This document shows positions 1 to 9,291 of a DNA stretch of 64,000 nucleotides, in pieces. Within the stretch, counting starts at the first letter, position 1. Every line of letters starts with the position of its first letter. This stretch comes from Candidatus Udaeobacter sp. (GTDB taxonomy: Bacteria > Acidobacteriota > Terriglobia > Acidiferrales > UBA7541). The stretch lies in NCBI GenBank assembly GCA_035511855.1, contig DATKEV010000171.1:2187-66186 (forward strand). Reading direction: 5' to 3'. The notes below the pieces were generated by a model. That model searched no databases. It was not told the origin of the DNA and worked only from the letters and a program-made list of their open reading frames with translations. A program made the translations under genes and the position numbers.

Positions 1-253
1 TGGCGGCCTGCACGACGGAAGATGTCCGAATCCGGGCAAAGCATCCCAAAATCGCGCAATGCGAGGCATAAGGCAGCCTGGCGTATTGGAGTAACACAAT
101 CACAGCAAAGAGCTTAGATTGACCGGTTCGGTGGATTGCTAATTGCGCTCCCCTCTGCGACAGCAGTTCGCTAAGATGCGGCAAAACTGATGCAAAGGTA
201 GTGGTTGATTATATCGCTTGGGAGACTGACTTCCGGGAAGGAAGGGCAAAATC

Positions 254-2725
254 ATGTCATTCATTAACGATCTGAGAGTGGCGTTCCGCTCGCTCGCTCG
301 AACGAAAGGGCTGGCGTTCACGGTGGTGCTGACGCTGGCGCTGGGCATCGGCGCGAACGCTGCGATCTTCACGCTGGTGCGCGGCGTGCTCCTCAAGCCT
401 CTCGTCAACCGCGACGAGGACCGGCTGATCTATATCCGCCAGAGTGCCCCGGGTGCCGGCGACGACAACTCAACGTTCTCTGTGCCCGAAATCCAGGATT
501 TGCGCGTCAGCGTTAAAACTCTGAGCGCGTTCGGCGATTTCTCCACCACCGAATTCACGATGATCGGCCTGGGTGAGCCTCGCGTAGTTCAAGCTGGCGT
601 CGTCAGTGGCAACTACTTCGAAGTCATGGGTCTCCACCCTGTCCTCGGCCGCCTCATCGGAGCTCAAGACGATGGTCCGAAAGCGGCAGGCGTCGTCGTT
701 CTCACGTATCGTTTCTGGACGACCAGTCTTGCGAAAGATCCTTCCGTCTTGGGCAAAACCGTCCGGCTCGACAGCGGGCTCATGGGCGACCGTTCTGCCA
801 CCGTCATCGGTGTCCTCGAACCCTCCATCCCCTATCCCCAAGACACCGAACTCATCGCCAACATCGTCACCAGCCCGCATCACCTCTCTGCAACCATGGT
901 CACCGGCCGTGTCCATCGCATGACCGAGCTCTTTGGCCGTCTCGCTCCGGGTGTCACCCTCGATCAAGCCCGCACCGAGTTGCGTTCCGCCTACGGGGCC
1001 ATGGCCACAGCACACCCCGAAGCATACCCGCCCAAAGCCGCCTACCAGATCGGGGCTAAGCTGCTTCGCGACGAACTCACCTCGGGCGCACGGACCGTGC
1101 TGCTGGTGCTGCTCGGAGCGTCAGCGCTGGTCTTCGTCATCGCGTGTTCCAACGTGGCCAACCTGATTCTCACACGCACGGTTCGCCGCGAAGGCGAACT
1201 GGCCACTCGTGCAGCGCTCGGCGCAAGCACCGGTGCGCTGCGCCGGATGCTGCTGGCCGAAAGCCTCCTGCTCTGCGGCGGTGGGGCTGCGGTCGGCATA
1301 TGGAGCGCGCAGCCGCTGGTGGCCATCCTAGCCCGCTACGCCTCGCGCTTCTCGGTCCGCGCGCTGGATTTGACGGTCGATTCCAGCCTGCTCTGGGTCG
1401 GAGCGGCGCTGGCCATCGTCGCCGCGGGAATTTTGGCGTTTGTCCCGCGCCTGCCGTCGGCCAACGCGCCCACAGGCCTTAGCCTATCGAGCGGCAGCGT
1501 ACGAATCACCGGCAGCACGAGCCGCCGCCAGCGCATCTTCGCGGTGACCCAAATCGCTGCATCCTTCGTGCTGCTGGCCGGTGCAAGCACAGTCATCACT
1601 ACGCTCATCGCCTTGCAAACCGCGCAGACAGGTCTCGACATGGGCCACGTCCTCACCATCAATGTTCCCCCCATGTCCCACGGAAAAACGCCTGAGCAAG
1701 TGGTCGATTTCTACAAAGAGTCCATTCGTCGCATTGATGCGCTACCCGGCGTGAACCAGACCGCTTTCGGCCTGTCTGTTCCCTGGCGCGACGTCGGCTC
1801 CAGCGGTTTCGCTCTCCAATTCTGTGCCGACGGTCATGTTCATACCCCCAACGAGGACCCTCGCGCGCAGTTGCGCGTCGTCTCTCCCGGATTCTTTGCC
1901 GCGCTCGGCGTACCCATCCTTGGCGGCCGCGATTTCAACGAGCTCGACGGCCAAAAAGGCAAAGAGCCGGTAGCTATTGTCAGCGAGACTCTCGCAAAGC
2001 GCATGTTCCCCAATCAGGACGCCATGGATCGGCATGTTTATTGGACAGATCCCGTCATGCAATTCGCCCCCGGCATTAACCCCGCCCCACACCGCATCAT
2101 CGGCGTCACCGCCGATATAGATGACGAACATGTCGTCCCCGAGCCCATCGTCACTATCTATATGCCTTTTGAAGAGGGTCCCATCTTTGGCGGCCGCCTG
2201 TTCATCCACACCGGCGCGGATCCTTATTCGCTCGTCACGCCAGTCACGCGCATGATTCGCGACATGTCCGCCGATCAGCCCGTTGAGCACGCTGCCACTC
2301 TTGAAGACGTCCGCGCGGAGGTGCTCACGCCGGACCGTTTGAACTCGCTGGTGTTCGGCGTATTCGCGGCTGTGGCATTGGCGATTGCCGTGGTGGGCGT
2401 CGCAGGCGTGCTGGCGTTTTCGGTCAGCGCGCGCACGCGCGAATTCGGCATCCGGCTGGCGCTGGGATCGCAGCCGCAACATCTCCTGAAAGGTGTCATC
2501 GCCGAAGGCGCCTTAATGGCTGGGGTGGGTGTGCTGGCAGGCGCGGCATTGGGGTTCGTGCTGGCCCGTTTGGCGGGCAGCTATTTCCCGGACGTGAAGA
2601 TGCCGGGCACTTTGCCCGTGGTCCTCTCTGCCTTCGTGCTGATGGCGGCAGCGGTCGTCGCGTCCTGGGCCCCGGCGGCGCGCGCCGCACGCATCGACGT
2701 CATCCAGGCTCTTCACAGCGAGTAA
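254..2725 (+). CDS. ADOP-family duplicated FtsX/MacB-type ABC transporter permease (no cognate ATPase gene in window)
   Basis: 823-aa ORF. N-terminus MSFINDLRVAFRSLARTKGLAFTVVLTLALGIGANAAIF is the canonical first TM helix of MacB/FtsX permeases. The module (TM helix, large extracytoplasmic domain, 3 TM helices) recurs from about aa 430. FtsX-type motif SARTREFGIRLALG lies near the C-terminus. Confidence 0.85.
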   Translation: MSFINDLRVAFRSLARTKGLAFTVVLTLALGIGANAAIFTLVRGVLLKPLVNRDEDRLIYIRQSAPGAGDDNSTFSVPEIQDLRVSVKTLSAFGDFSTTEFTMIGLGEPRVVQAGVVSGNYFEVMGLHPVLGRLIGAQDDGPKAAGVVVLTYRFWTTSLAKDPSVLGKTVRLDSGLMGDRSATVIGVLEPSIPYPQDTELIANIVTSPHHLSATMVTGRVHRMTELFGRLAPGVTLDQARTELRSAYGAMATAHPEAYPPKAAYQIGAKLLRDELTSGARTVLLVLLGASALVFVIACSNVANLILTRTVRREGELATRAALGASTGALRRMLLAESLLLCGGGAAVGIWSAQPLVAILARYASRFSVRALDLTVDSSLLWVGAALAIVAAGILAFVPRLPSANAPTGLSLSSGSVRITGSTSRRQRIFAVTQIAASFVLLAGASTVITTLIALQTAQTGLDMGHVLTINVPPMSHGKTPEQVVDFYKESIRRIDALPGVNQTAFGLSVPWRDVGSSGFALQFCADGHVHTPNEDPRAQLRVVSPGFFAALGVPILGGRDFNELDGQKGKEPVAIVSETLAKRMFPNQDAMDRHVYWTDPVMQFAPGINPAPHRIIGVTADIDDEHVVPEPIVTIYMPFEEGPIFGGRLFIHTGADPYSLVTPVTRMIRDMSADQPVEHAATLEDVRAEVLTPDRLNSLVFGVFAAVALAIAVVGVAGVLAFSVSARTREFGIRLALGSQPQHLLKGVIAEGALMAGVGVLAGAALGFVLARLAGSYFPDVKMPGTLPVVLSAFVLMAAAVVASWAPAARAARIDVIQALHSE

Positions 2726-2787
2726 ATGCACAGGGCGATCCGCCCGTCACTGCCGAGGTGATTCGAGCTCCTTCGTCACCGCATGTA

Positions 2788-3042
2788 CTATTCGTTCGTT
2801 TTGTCCCCGTGATGCTTAGCGGGGCGGAAGAAGTGCCTTGTCGTAAACCTGGACACCTGTTTTCCCACGTGCGCGCCGATTCGGGTCGAGTTTCTGTAGT
2901 GCATTCCGCCATAAATCCGGGCGTCGAGCACTTCCTCCAGCGCGTCTGAGAGGCGATCATAAGTTCGGACAGGGCTGACGAGCCCCGGAACGTTGCTGTC
3001 CATCGAAAAACCGACCTCGTCCGTGCCAAACAGATAATTCAC
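2788..3042 (-). pseudogene. C-terminal remnant (about 80 aa) of a PAP2/vanadium-haloperoxidase-like protein
   Basis: The ORF has only a GTG at its 5' end and an in-frame stop 8 codons upstream (3067-3069). The sequence ARIYGGMHYRNSTRIGAHVG resembles the last conserved motif (SRxxxGxHxxxD region) of PAP2/haloperoxidase proteins, which are normally over 400 aa. No N-terminal part is present. Confidence 0.5.
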
Positions 3043-3135
3043 CCGATGAGGTGATGCGGCGATGCTTCACCGAGTCCGAGGTCGTGAGGCGCATTCGAGC
3101 GCCTCAGTAGCCAGCATCCCTGACGACTGAAGTGT

Positions 3136-3447
3136 CTAGTCGGCACGCTCGTTGCGGTTCCGAAGCAACTGCACAAGATTCGTTCCGGTCGCAACGGCTT
3201 CAAAATCGTCTTGGCTCAACACCGCAATGACGATCTCCCTGTTTTGGAAGGTCTTTAACTGCTCTCGCCTCCGTGAAATGCCAAACCATACAGTGCCGAA
3301 AGTGGGCGTGATAGTGTCTAACTTAGCAGGAACCATATGAGCGCGAGCCCTGCTTAGCTCATGCCTGTCAGCATTGCACGACTGATTTTGTGTACAAGTT
3401 GTGTACAACAAGGCGGGTTTGAAGGGCCTGAAAATGGATCTAAGCAA
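3136..3447 (-). CDS. orphan hypothetical protein (possibly only 3136..3336, 66 aa)
   Basis: Open frame in a stretch that looks AT-richer than its surroundings. No recognisable motifs except a weak Phd/YefM-like feel (REIVIAVLSQDDFEAV). No clear Shine-Dalgarno sequence. Coding status uncertain. Confidence 0.3.
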   Translation of the reverse strand: MLRSIFRPFKPALLYTTCTQNQSCNADRHELSRARAHMVPAKLDTITPTFGTVWFGISRRREQLKTFQNREIVIAVLSQDDFEAVATGTNLVQLLRNRNERAD

Positions 3448-3576
3448 CGCCGAACCAACAACAGACTCTTAAGTTACAGGCCCGACGAAAATACAGCTCT
3501 GAAATTCTAGCCGGCCATGGAGGCTGTTTACAACTTCATCCTTGCTGGAGTCTCACTCGACGGAGAAAGGCAGGTT

Positions 3577-3885
3577 TTATTGTACGAAGCCCACGTTCGG
3601 CGCCGGCCCACTTCCTTCGGGCGATTCCTTGATGGGACCGAACTGGGCTTCGTACCGAGAAAGATTCTCTCCCAGCGCGCGCCAGATGCGCTTGGCGTGT
3701 CCCGGGCTAACAATCATGCTGCTTAGCAGCTTGCCTTGAGCGCCGTTCGGGAAAATATAGATAAAATTCAGAGTGAACTCTTCCAGGTTGTGGTGAATCA
3801 TCACCAGGTTGCTGTACTGCCCCTGCAGTTCCTTCTCATCTGCCTTGATCTGCACCTGCCCCGGCGCGGGCTGCTGTTGGTCCAT
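3577..3885 (-). CDS. DUF3467 domain protein
   Basis: Start taken at the internal ATG (MDQQQPAPGQ...). The stretch IKADEKELQGQYSNLVMIHHNLEEFTLNFIYIFPN...SPGHAKRIWRALGENLSRYEAQFGPI matches my recollection of the roughly 100-aa DUF3467 family. Confidence 0.7.
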   Translation of the reverse strand: MDQQQPAPGQVQIKADEKELQGQYSNLVMIHHNLEEFTLNFIYIFPNGAQGKLLSSMIVSPGHAKRIWRALGENLSRYEAQFGPIKESPEGSGPAPNVGFVQ

Positions 3886-4030
3886 TTGGTTTCTCTCCCG
3901 GAGTGACCCTTCGAACTTATCACAAGCATAGGCGCTTCGCTCGCTCCTCACACTGGCGGCACGGGCAGCGCTTGCCTTGTTATCAAGAAGCGACTCAAGT
4001 CCCATTGACGCGCAGGTTTATTAAGTGTAG

Positions 4031-4062
4031 TTTAGTATTCGTATTTAGCATAGTTAACTAAA
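4031..4062. promoter_or_regulatory. candidate DtxR/MntR-type operator in front of mntH
   Basis: AT-rich island in GC-rich DNA ending 4 nt before the mntH ATG. Imperfect 19-bp palindrome TTTAGCATAGTTAACTAAA (4044-4062, TTTAG-N9-CTAAA). A further TTTAG half-site sits at 4031. Confidence 0.3.
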
Positions 4063-4065
4063 GAC

Positions 4066-5460
4066 ATGGCGCGCGCGATTCCGCCCCAACTCGAAACTTC
4101 TCTGCAGTTCGCCGACGACTCGTCCTCCGCTCTCTATTCCGGATCCGCATCGCCCGCCCGGGGCACGGTGCCATCCTTGCCCGAAGCTCATCGCACCATC
4201 GTTTTTTCACCGGGGGCTTCTTGGTTGAGAAAAATGCTGGCGTTTGCCGGCCCTGGCTACCTGGTCGCCGTTGGTTACATGGATCCTGGGAACTGGGCCA
4301 CGGACATTGGCGGGGGCTCAAAATTCGGTTACAGGCTTCTCAGCGTCATCCTCATCAGCAACTTGATGGCGATGTTTTTGCAAGCTCTCTCCGCGAAACT
4401 AGGCATCGCCTCCGGCCGCGATCTCGCGCAGGCATGTCGTGAACACTATTCCCGAGGTACTTCTCTATTTCTTTGGATCGTCTGCGAGGTTGCTATCGCT
4501 GCCTGCGATCTTGCCGAAGTCCTCGGTTCCGCGGTGGCACTAAAGCTCCTTTTCGGCCTACCGCTCCTCGCGGGGGTTTTGATTACGGCGTTTGACGTGC
4601 TGATCGTGCTGGCACTCCAGGGCCGCGGTTTCCGTCTGGTCGAAGCCTTTGTTGTGACGCTCATGGCCTCGATAGCCGCTTGCTTTGCCTATGAGATTTT
4701 CTTCGCTCATCCGCTCTGGCGCGAAGCGGCGATCGGCTTCATCCCCCGGGCCGAAATCCTGCGCAATCGCGAAATGCTGTACATTGCCATCGGCATTCTT
4801 GGCGCCACGGTCATGCCGCACAATCTGTATCTACATTCAAGCATCGTCCAGACGCGCGCATTCGGCTCATCCGTCGGGGACCGCCGCGAAGCGGTGCGTT
4901 ACGCCATTTTCGACTCCACGCTGGCCCTTGGCTTCGCGCTCTTTATCAACGCCGCCATTCTCGTCCTGGGCGCGGCCGCATTCCATACGCGTGGGCTGAA
5001 CGACGTCGGAGAGATTGCCGACGCCTACAAACTTCTCAGTCCCGTCCTTGGTGTAAGTCTTGCCAGCACGCTCTTTGCCTGCGCGCTGCTAGCCTCTGGA
5101 CAGAATTCCACGCTCACCGGAACCTTGGCGGGCCAGATCGTGATGGAAGGGTTCCTCGATTTACGGCTAAAGCCCTGGCTGCGCCGACTCATCACCCGCT
5201 CGATCGCGATCATTCCGGCCGCGCTGGTGATTGGCATCGCAGGGGAAAACAAAGTTACTTCGCTGCTCATCCTGAGCCAGGTCATTCTCAGTTTTCAACT
5301 GCCCTTCGCGGTGATCCCGCTCATCCAATTTACTGGCGACCGCGCCAAGATGGGCGAATTCGCCAACTCTCGCCTCACTCAAATCGTCGCCTGGATCGTT
5401 GCCGCGGCCATCTTGTTCTTCAACGGCGAACTCCTCTGGCTGATCTTCCGCGCGGCCTGA
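4066..5460 (+). CDS. mntH: Nramp-family divalent metal (Mn2+/Fe2+):H+ symporter
   Basis: [23 protein letters not shown] (DPGN motif), MPHNLYLHS, and about 11 hydrophobic segments. Confidence 0.9.
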   Translation: MARAIPPQLETSLQFADDSSSALYSGSASPARGTVPSLPEAHRTIVFSPGASWLRKMLAFAGPGYLVAVGYMDPGNWATDIGGGSKFGYRLLSVILISNLMAMFLQALSAKLGIASGRDLAQACREHYSRGTSLFLWIVCEVAIAACDLAEVLGSAVALKLLFGLPLLAGVLITAFDVLIVLALQGRGFRLVEAFVVTLMASIAACFAYEIFFAHPLWREAAIGFIPRAEILRNREMLYIAIGILGATVMPHNLYLHSSIVQTRAFGSSVGDRREAVRYAIFDSTLALGFALFINAAILVLGAAAFHTRGLNDVGEIADAYKLLSPVLGVSLASTLFACALLASGQNSTLTGTLAGQIVMEGFLDLRLKPWLRRLITRSIAIIPAALVIGIAGENKVTSLLILSQVILSFQLPFAVIPLIQFTGDRAKMGEFANSRLTQIVAWIVAAAILFFNGELLWLIFRAA

Positions 5461-5565
5461 TTCCTCTCTCTTCCCTTTACTGCATTTCTCTTATTCTTTC
5501 TTCTCTGTGGACTTCTGTTCTCACTCCAAGGCTTTCTAAGTCACCGTGGATATGCGAAGATTTTC

Positions 5566-6063
5566 GTGGTCATCATGCCTGCAAATGTCCCGAGCAAGCG
5601 CAAAGCCCAGAAGATTGTTTTCGCTCTACTTCTCCTGCTGATCTGCACCGTGGCGGGCTATTCGGTCTACGAAGAGAACAAGCCATGGGTCATTCCCGAG
5701 GAATTCAAGAGGCTTAAGAACCCCCTACCGGCTTCGGATTCCAACCTGAAAGCGGCCCGCGACCTTTACCGTGACGAATGCGCCCAATGCCACGGCGATC
5801 ACGGCAGGGGAGATGGACCGGAATCCAAGATGCATTCTCCGGCTCCTGCGGACCTCACCGACGCAGGACGCATGAACGGTGTGACGGACGGCGAAATCTT
5901 TTATCAGATCACCGTGGGCCGAAGACCCATGCCGTCATTCAAGAATCGCACCACTGAGGATCAGCGCTGGCAGGTCACACTGCTGGTGCGCTCTTTTTCG
6001 CGGAAGAGTACAGCGCCAGACAAGAAGTCTGACGATGCAGGCGAAAAGCCGCCATCCCACTAA
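5566..6063 (+). CDS. membrane-anchored mono-haem c-type cytochrome
   Basis: N-terminal TM helix IVFALLLLLICTVAGY, CAQCHGDHG haem-binding motif, distal Met candidate in RRPMPSF. GTG at 5566 or ATG at 5575 as start. Confidence 0.75.
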   Translation: MVIMPANVPSKRKAQKIVFALLLLLICTVAGYSVYEENKPWVIPEEFKRLKNPLPASDSNLKAARDLYRDECAQCHGDHGRGDGPESKMHSPAPADLTDAGRMNGVTDGEIFYQITVGRRPMPSFKNRTTEDQRWQVTLLVRSFSRKSTAPDKKSDDAGEKPPSH

Positions 6064-6165
6064 CTTTTCGAGTCTGAGAAATAGGATGGTATAGAAAGCT
6101 CCGTGCTTCTTCTCCATTTCCAAAAATTACTTGCCGGATATATCATCGCCTAGCGAAGGAGAGTT

Positions 6166-7452
6166 ATGTGTCAATTTTTATTTGTACTCGTCTGCGTTTT
6201 CGCTTTTTCCGGCGTCACGCACGCCGCTCCGGGGGCCGTTCGATGCGGCAAGCTGCTCGATGTCCGCTCCGGTCAGATGCTGACTGACCAGGTCGTCCTC
6301 TTCGATGCCACGGGGACAATTAGTTCGGTCGGCCCTTCCTCTTCGACAAAATTGCCGAGCGGAGTTACGGCCATCGATCTTTCGAATGCCACGTGCCTCC
6401 CCGGTCTGGTCGATGTCCACACGCATCTTACAGGCGATCCTGCCAGCCACGGCTACTCACGCCTCGGCATTTCCATTCCGCGCGAAGCCGTCACCGGGGT
6501 GAAAAACGCCCGTCTTACACTCCGCGCGGGGTTTACCTCCGTTCGCAACGTCGGCGCCGACGGCTACACGGACGTGGCCCTTCGCGATGCCATTGACGCC
6601 GGCGATATCGAAGGGCCGCGCATGCGCGTCTCCGGCCCGCCGCTAGGCATTACCGGCGGGCACTGCGACAACAATCTGCTCCCCTCGGAATTTCACTACA
6701 AAGCGGAGGGCGTTGCCGACGGGCCCTGGGCCGTGCGCGCCAGAGTCCGGGAAACCGCCAAGTACGGGGCCGATGTCATCAAAGTCTGCGCTTCGGGCGG
6801 CGTGTTGAGCAAAGGCGATCAGCCAGGAACCCCGCAATATACTCTTGAAGAGTTGCAAGCGATCGCGGAAGAAGCCCATAAACTTGGCCGCAAAGTGGCC
6901 GCCCACGCTCACGGCACGCAATCCATTAAAGACGCCATACGCGCGGGTATCGACTCCATCGAGCACTCCAGCCTCATTGATGACGAGGGCATCGCCCTCG
7001 CGAAGCAACACGGAACGTATCTCGTCTTCGATATTTACAACGACGACTACATCCTGGAGGAAGGCGCGAAGGCCGGAATGCTGCCCGAATCCATCGAGAA
7101 GGAAAAGAAGATCGGGCGTCAACAGAGGGAGAATTTCCGTCACGCCTTTCAATCCGGAGCAAGAATGGCTTTCGGCACTGACTCCGGCGTGTATCCGCAC
7201 GGGGACAACGCCAAGCAATTCGCCAAAATGGTCGAGTGGGGCATGAAACCCCTTGACGCCATTCAGGCTGCCACCATCAACGCCGCCGATCTAATGGGCT
7301 GGCCCGACAAGATCGGCGCTCTCGAAACCGGGCATTACGCCGATGTTATCGCCGTCAGCGGCGACCCCCTCTTCGATGTGCACGTCCTCGAATCCGTCAA
7401 ATTCGTCATGAAAGGCGGCGTCGTCGTGCGCAATGATCTGGCTACAAAATAA
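6166..7452 (+). CDS. secreted amidohydrolase-superfamily metallohydrolase
   Basis: Signal peptide, DVHTHL (HxH), AAHAHG, IEHSSL and FGTDSG motifs typical of the amidohydrolase fold. Confidence 0.8.
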   Translation: MCQFLFVLVCVFAFSGVTHAAPGAVRCGKLLDVRSGQMLTDQVVLFDATGTISSVGPSSSTKLPSGVTAIDLSNATCLPGLVDVHTHLTGDPASHGYSRLGISIPREAVTGVKNARLTLRAGFTSVRNVGADGYTDVALRDAIDAGDIEGPRMRVSGPPLGITGGHCDNNLLPSEFHYKAEGVADGPWAVRARVRETAKYGADVIKVCASGGVLSKGDQPGTPQYTLEELQAIAEEAHKLGRKVAAHAHGTQSIKDAIRAGIDSIEHSSLIDDEGIALAKQHGTYLVFDIYNDDYILEEGAKAGMLPESIEKEKKIGRQQRENFRHAFQSGARMAFGTDSGVYPHGDNAKQFAKMVEWGMKPLDAIQAATINAADLMGWPDKIGALETGHYADVIAVSGDPLFDVHVLESVKFVMKGGVVVRNDLATK

Positions 7453-7480
7453 CTCAAGCGCGAAGAGCAGCGATATAAAG

Positions 7481-7510
7481 CGAAGGGCTCCGACGTTGTC
7501 GGAGCCTTCG
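7481..7510. terminator. bidirectional hairpin between convergent genes
   Basis: CGAAGGGCTCCGAC-GTT-GTCGGAGCCTTCG gives a 13-bp stem with one bulged G. It lies between the stop codons at 7452 (+) and 7537 (-). Confidence 0.6.
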
Positions 7511-7536
7511 AACTTTGCGTTCTGGCCTTCGGTTCT

Positions 7537-8010
7537 TTAAGCCGACGCAACCTTCACCTGGGACAGCGCCGCTGCTACTTCCTTCAAATCCGGTACCACC
7601 GGAATGTCGTAGTTCTTGAACCACGCGACTTTTCCGGCCTTGTTCACGATGGCGATGGCACGCCCGGTGATCCCCTTGTCGGCCAGATACACGCCGTATT
7701 TCTCGCTCATTGCTCCGCGAGGATGAAAATCCGCGAGCAAGGAATACTTGATTCCCATCTTCTCCGCAAAGGCTTTGTGCGACCAAACGCTGTCCACGCT
7801 GACGCCCAACACTTCCGCATCCAGCGTTTCGAATGCCTTCATGTCATTCACGAAGCAGATATGCTCGTTGGTGCAAGTCGGGCTCCAGTCCAGCGGGTAC
7901 CATACCAACACCACATTCTTCTTTCCCGCGTAATCCGAAAGCTTTACTTCCTTTTTTTCCTGATTCGGCAGTGTAAAATCAGGCGCTGTCTGTCCCACAG
8001 CGATGCTCAT
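7537..8010 (-). CDS. peroxiredoxin (AhpC/TSA-Bcp-like)
   Basis: Start at the internal ATG (MSIAVGQTAPDFTLPNQ...). Peroxidatic Cys context YPLDWSPTCT. The 241-aa upstream extension has no homology features. Confidence 0.85.
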   Translation of the reverse strand: MSIAVGQTAPDFTLPNQEKKEVKLSDYAGKKNVVLVWYPLDWSPTCTNEHICFVNDMKAFETLDAEVLGVSVDSVWSHKAFAEKMGIKYSLLADFHPRGAMSEKYGVYLADKGITGRAIAIVNKAGKVAWFKNYDIPVVPDLKEVAAALSQVKVASA

Positions 8011-8173
8011 ATTTTTGTTCCTCCTATGGTTCCCAAGTCCTGACAGCATCTTACCGAATCCTGCCGTAAACCGCCAAACTCCCAGATTCCTTCCGTGCGC
8101 GCGTTCAGGATGCTTACTGTTAATGTCTTTTTTTCTTTGCATCCGGGCAGTACACTCTGCCCAGGAGAACTTC

Positions 8174-8449
8174 ATGAGCGCCGAAGCCGCTCGCCGCGCT
8201 CCCCTCATGCCCCTTAAAGAGCTAGTCGTCCTGTACCGTTCCCTCGCTGGCGAATTTGGCAAGCCTGTTGCTCTCTCGGCGTTCCCGCTCTCACCCGCCG
8301 AAACCGCGCGGCTCTTTTCCGGTTACGAGGAGGACTATCACATCAGCCGCTTCTTCCATTTCTCGGAAATTACCGGCACGGGTTTCTCCATCAACGGTTT
8401 CCTCGCCACCCACGTCTCCATCGACGCCGAAATTGAAACCATACTCTAA
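8174..8449 (+). CDS. hypothetical protein (91 aa)
   Basis: ATG preceded by AGGAGA. G/C-biased third positions. No recognisable motif. Confidence 0.5.
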   Translation: MSAEAARRAPLMPLKELVVLYRSLAGEFGKPVALSAFPLSPAETARLFSGYEEDYHISRFFHFSEITGTGFSINGFLATHVSIDAEIETIL

Positions 8450-8577
8450 GGGTATGCTTCGGCGCCGCCGCGCTTTGTGCTTCTTTCCCTTCCTTAGACG
8501 GGGCAAAGAGATATACACGAATCCGGGGAAAATACTACAATTCGCAGAACTTAGAGTAAGGGCAGGGGTGAAGGGTC

Positions 8578-9291
8578 ATGTCTCCCGAGGAACTGGCGTT
8601 CAAGCTCGGAGTCAAGCAGCTCTTCGCGGAAAAGTTCACGCCAGAACTTTCGATGTACATTTGCTTTGTTCCGGGCGCAAAGGCAATTGCCTCCTGGCAT
8701 GAGCTGCGAAGAATCGCGCCGGGACTGGGTTACTGGCCGCTTGTACTCGGGGACAATCGGACCTATGAGCAGACTAAGAAGTCGTTTGAATCCAGTGCAA
8801 AATTCGCAGGCAGACGCCCGTCCTCTTCCGGAGCAGCTTCAGCGCAAGAATTCTTCGAGGCCAGAACTGAAGATCTCGGAGATGAGTTCCCCACGGGCTC
8901 CTGGCCCGTCAAACCGATTCCTCCCCACGCGTTTTATCTTCCCAGTGAATTTGACAAGAGAACCGTGATGGGGCTGCTCCCAGTCACGCATTCCTCACAA
9001 GTCTTGCAGATTGTGAACTACGGTGACTGGAACGCTTGTCCCCCGGTTCATGAGCATGTAGCCGTTCACGACTATTGGAACGAGCGCTACGGCGCGGAGA
9101 TCGTCTGCCTTTCCAGCGACATTCTGGAGATGCATGTAGATCGGCGGCCCGCCGATCGCGAAGAGGCCCTCGCTCTTGCCCGAGAGCAATATCTCTATTG
9201 CAGCGACCTCGTGGAGCAGAGAACCGGCACCATCCAGGAGCTGGCCGCAGGCCTCATGGTTTCTGACGCTTGGTTCTTTTGGTGGGACTAA
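8578..9291 (+). CDS. DUF4253 domain protein
   Basis: C-terminal region YWNERYGAEIVCLSSDILEMHVDRRPADREEALALAREQYLYCSDLVEQ...AWFFWWD matches my recollection of DUF4253, including the terminal WxFWWD. Confidence 0.65.
   Translation: MSPEELAFKLGVKQLFAEKFTPELSMYICFVPGAKAIASWHELRRIAPGLGYWPLVLGDNRTYEQTKKSFESSAKFAGRRPSSSGAASAQEFFEARTEDLGDEFPTGSWPVKPIPPHAFYLPSEFDKRTVMGLLPVTHSSQVLQIVNYGDWNACPPVHEHVAVHDYWNERYGAEIVCLSSDILEMHVDRRPADREEALALAREQYLYCSDLVEQRTGTIQELAAGLMVSDAWFFWWD

Noticed and set aside
1-69. Possible 5' end of a minus-strand gene leaving the window (MPRIARFWDALPGFGHLPSCRPP).
   Set aside because: Only 23 codons are visible, with no ribosome-binding site, no motif and unconvincing codon bias. 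This is insufficient evidence.
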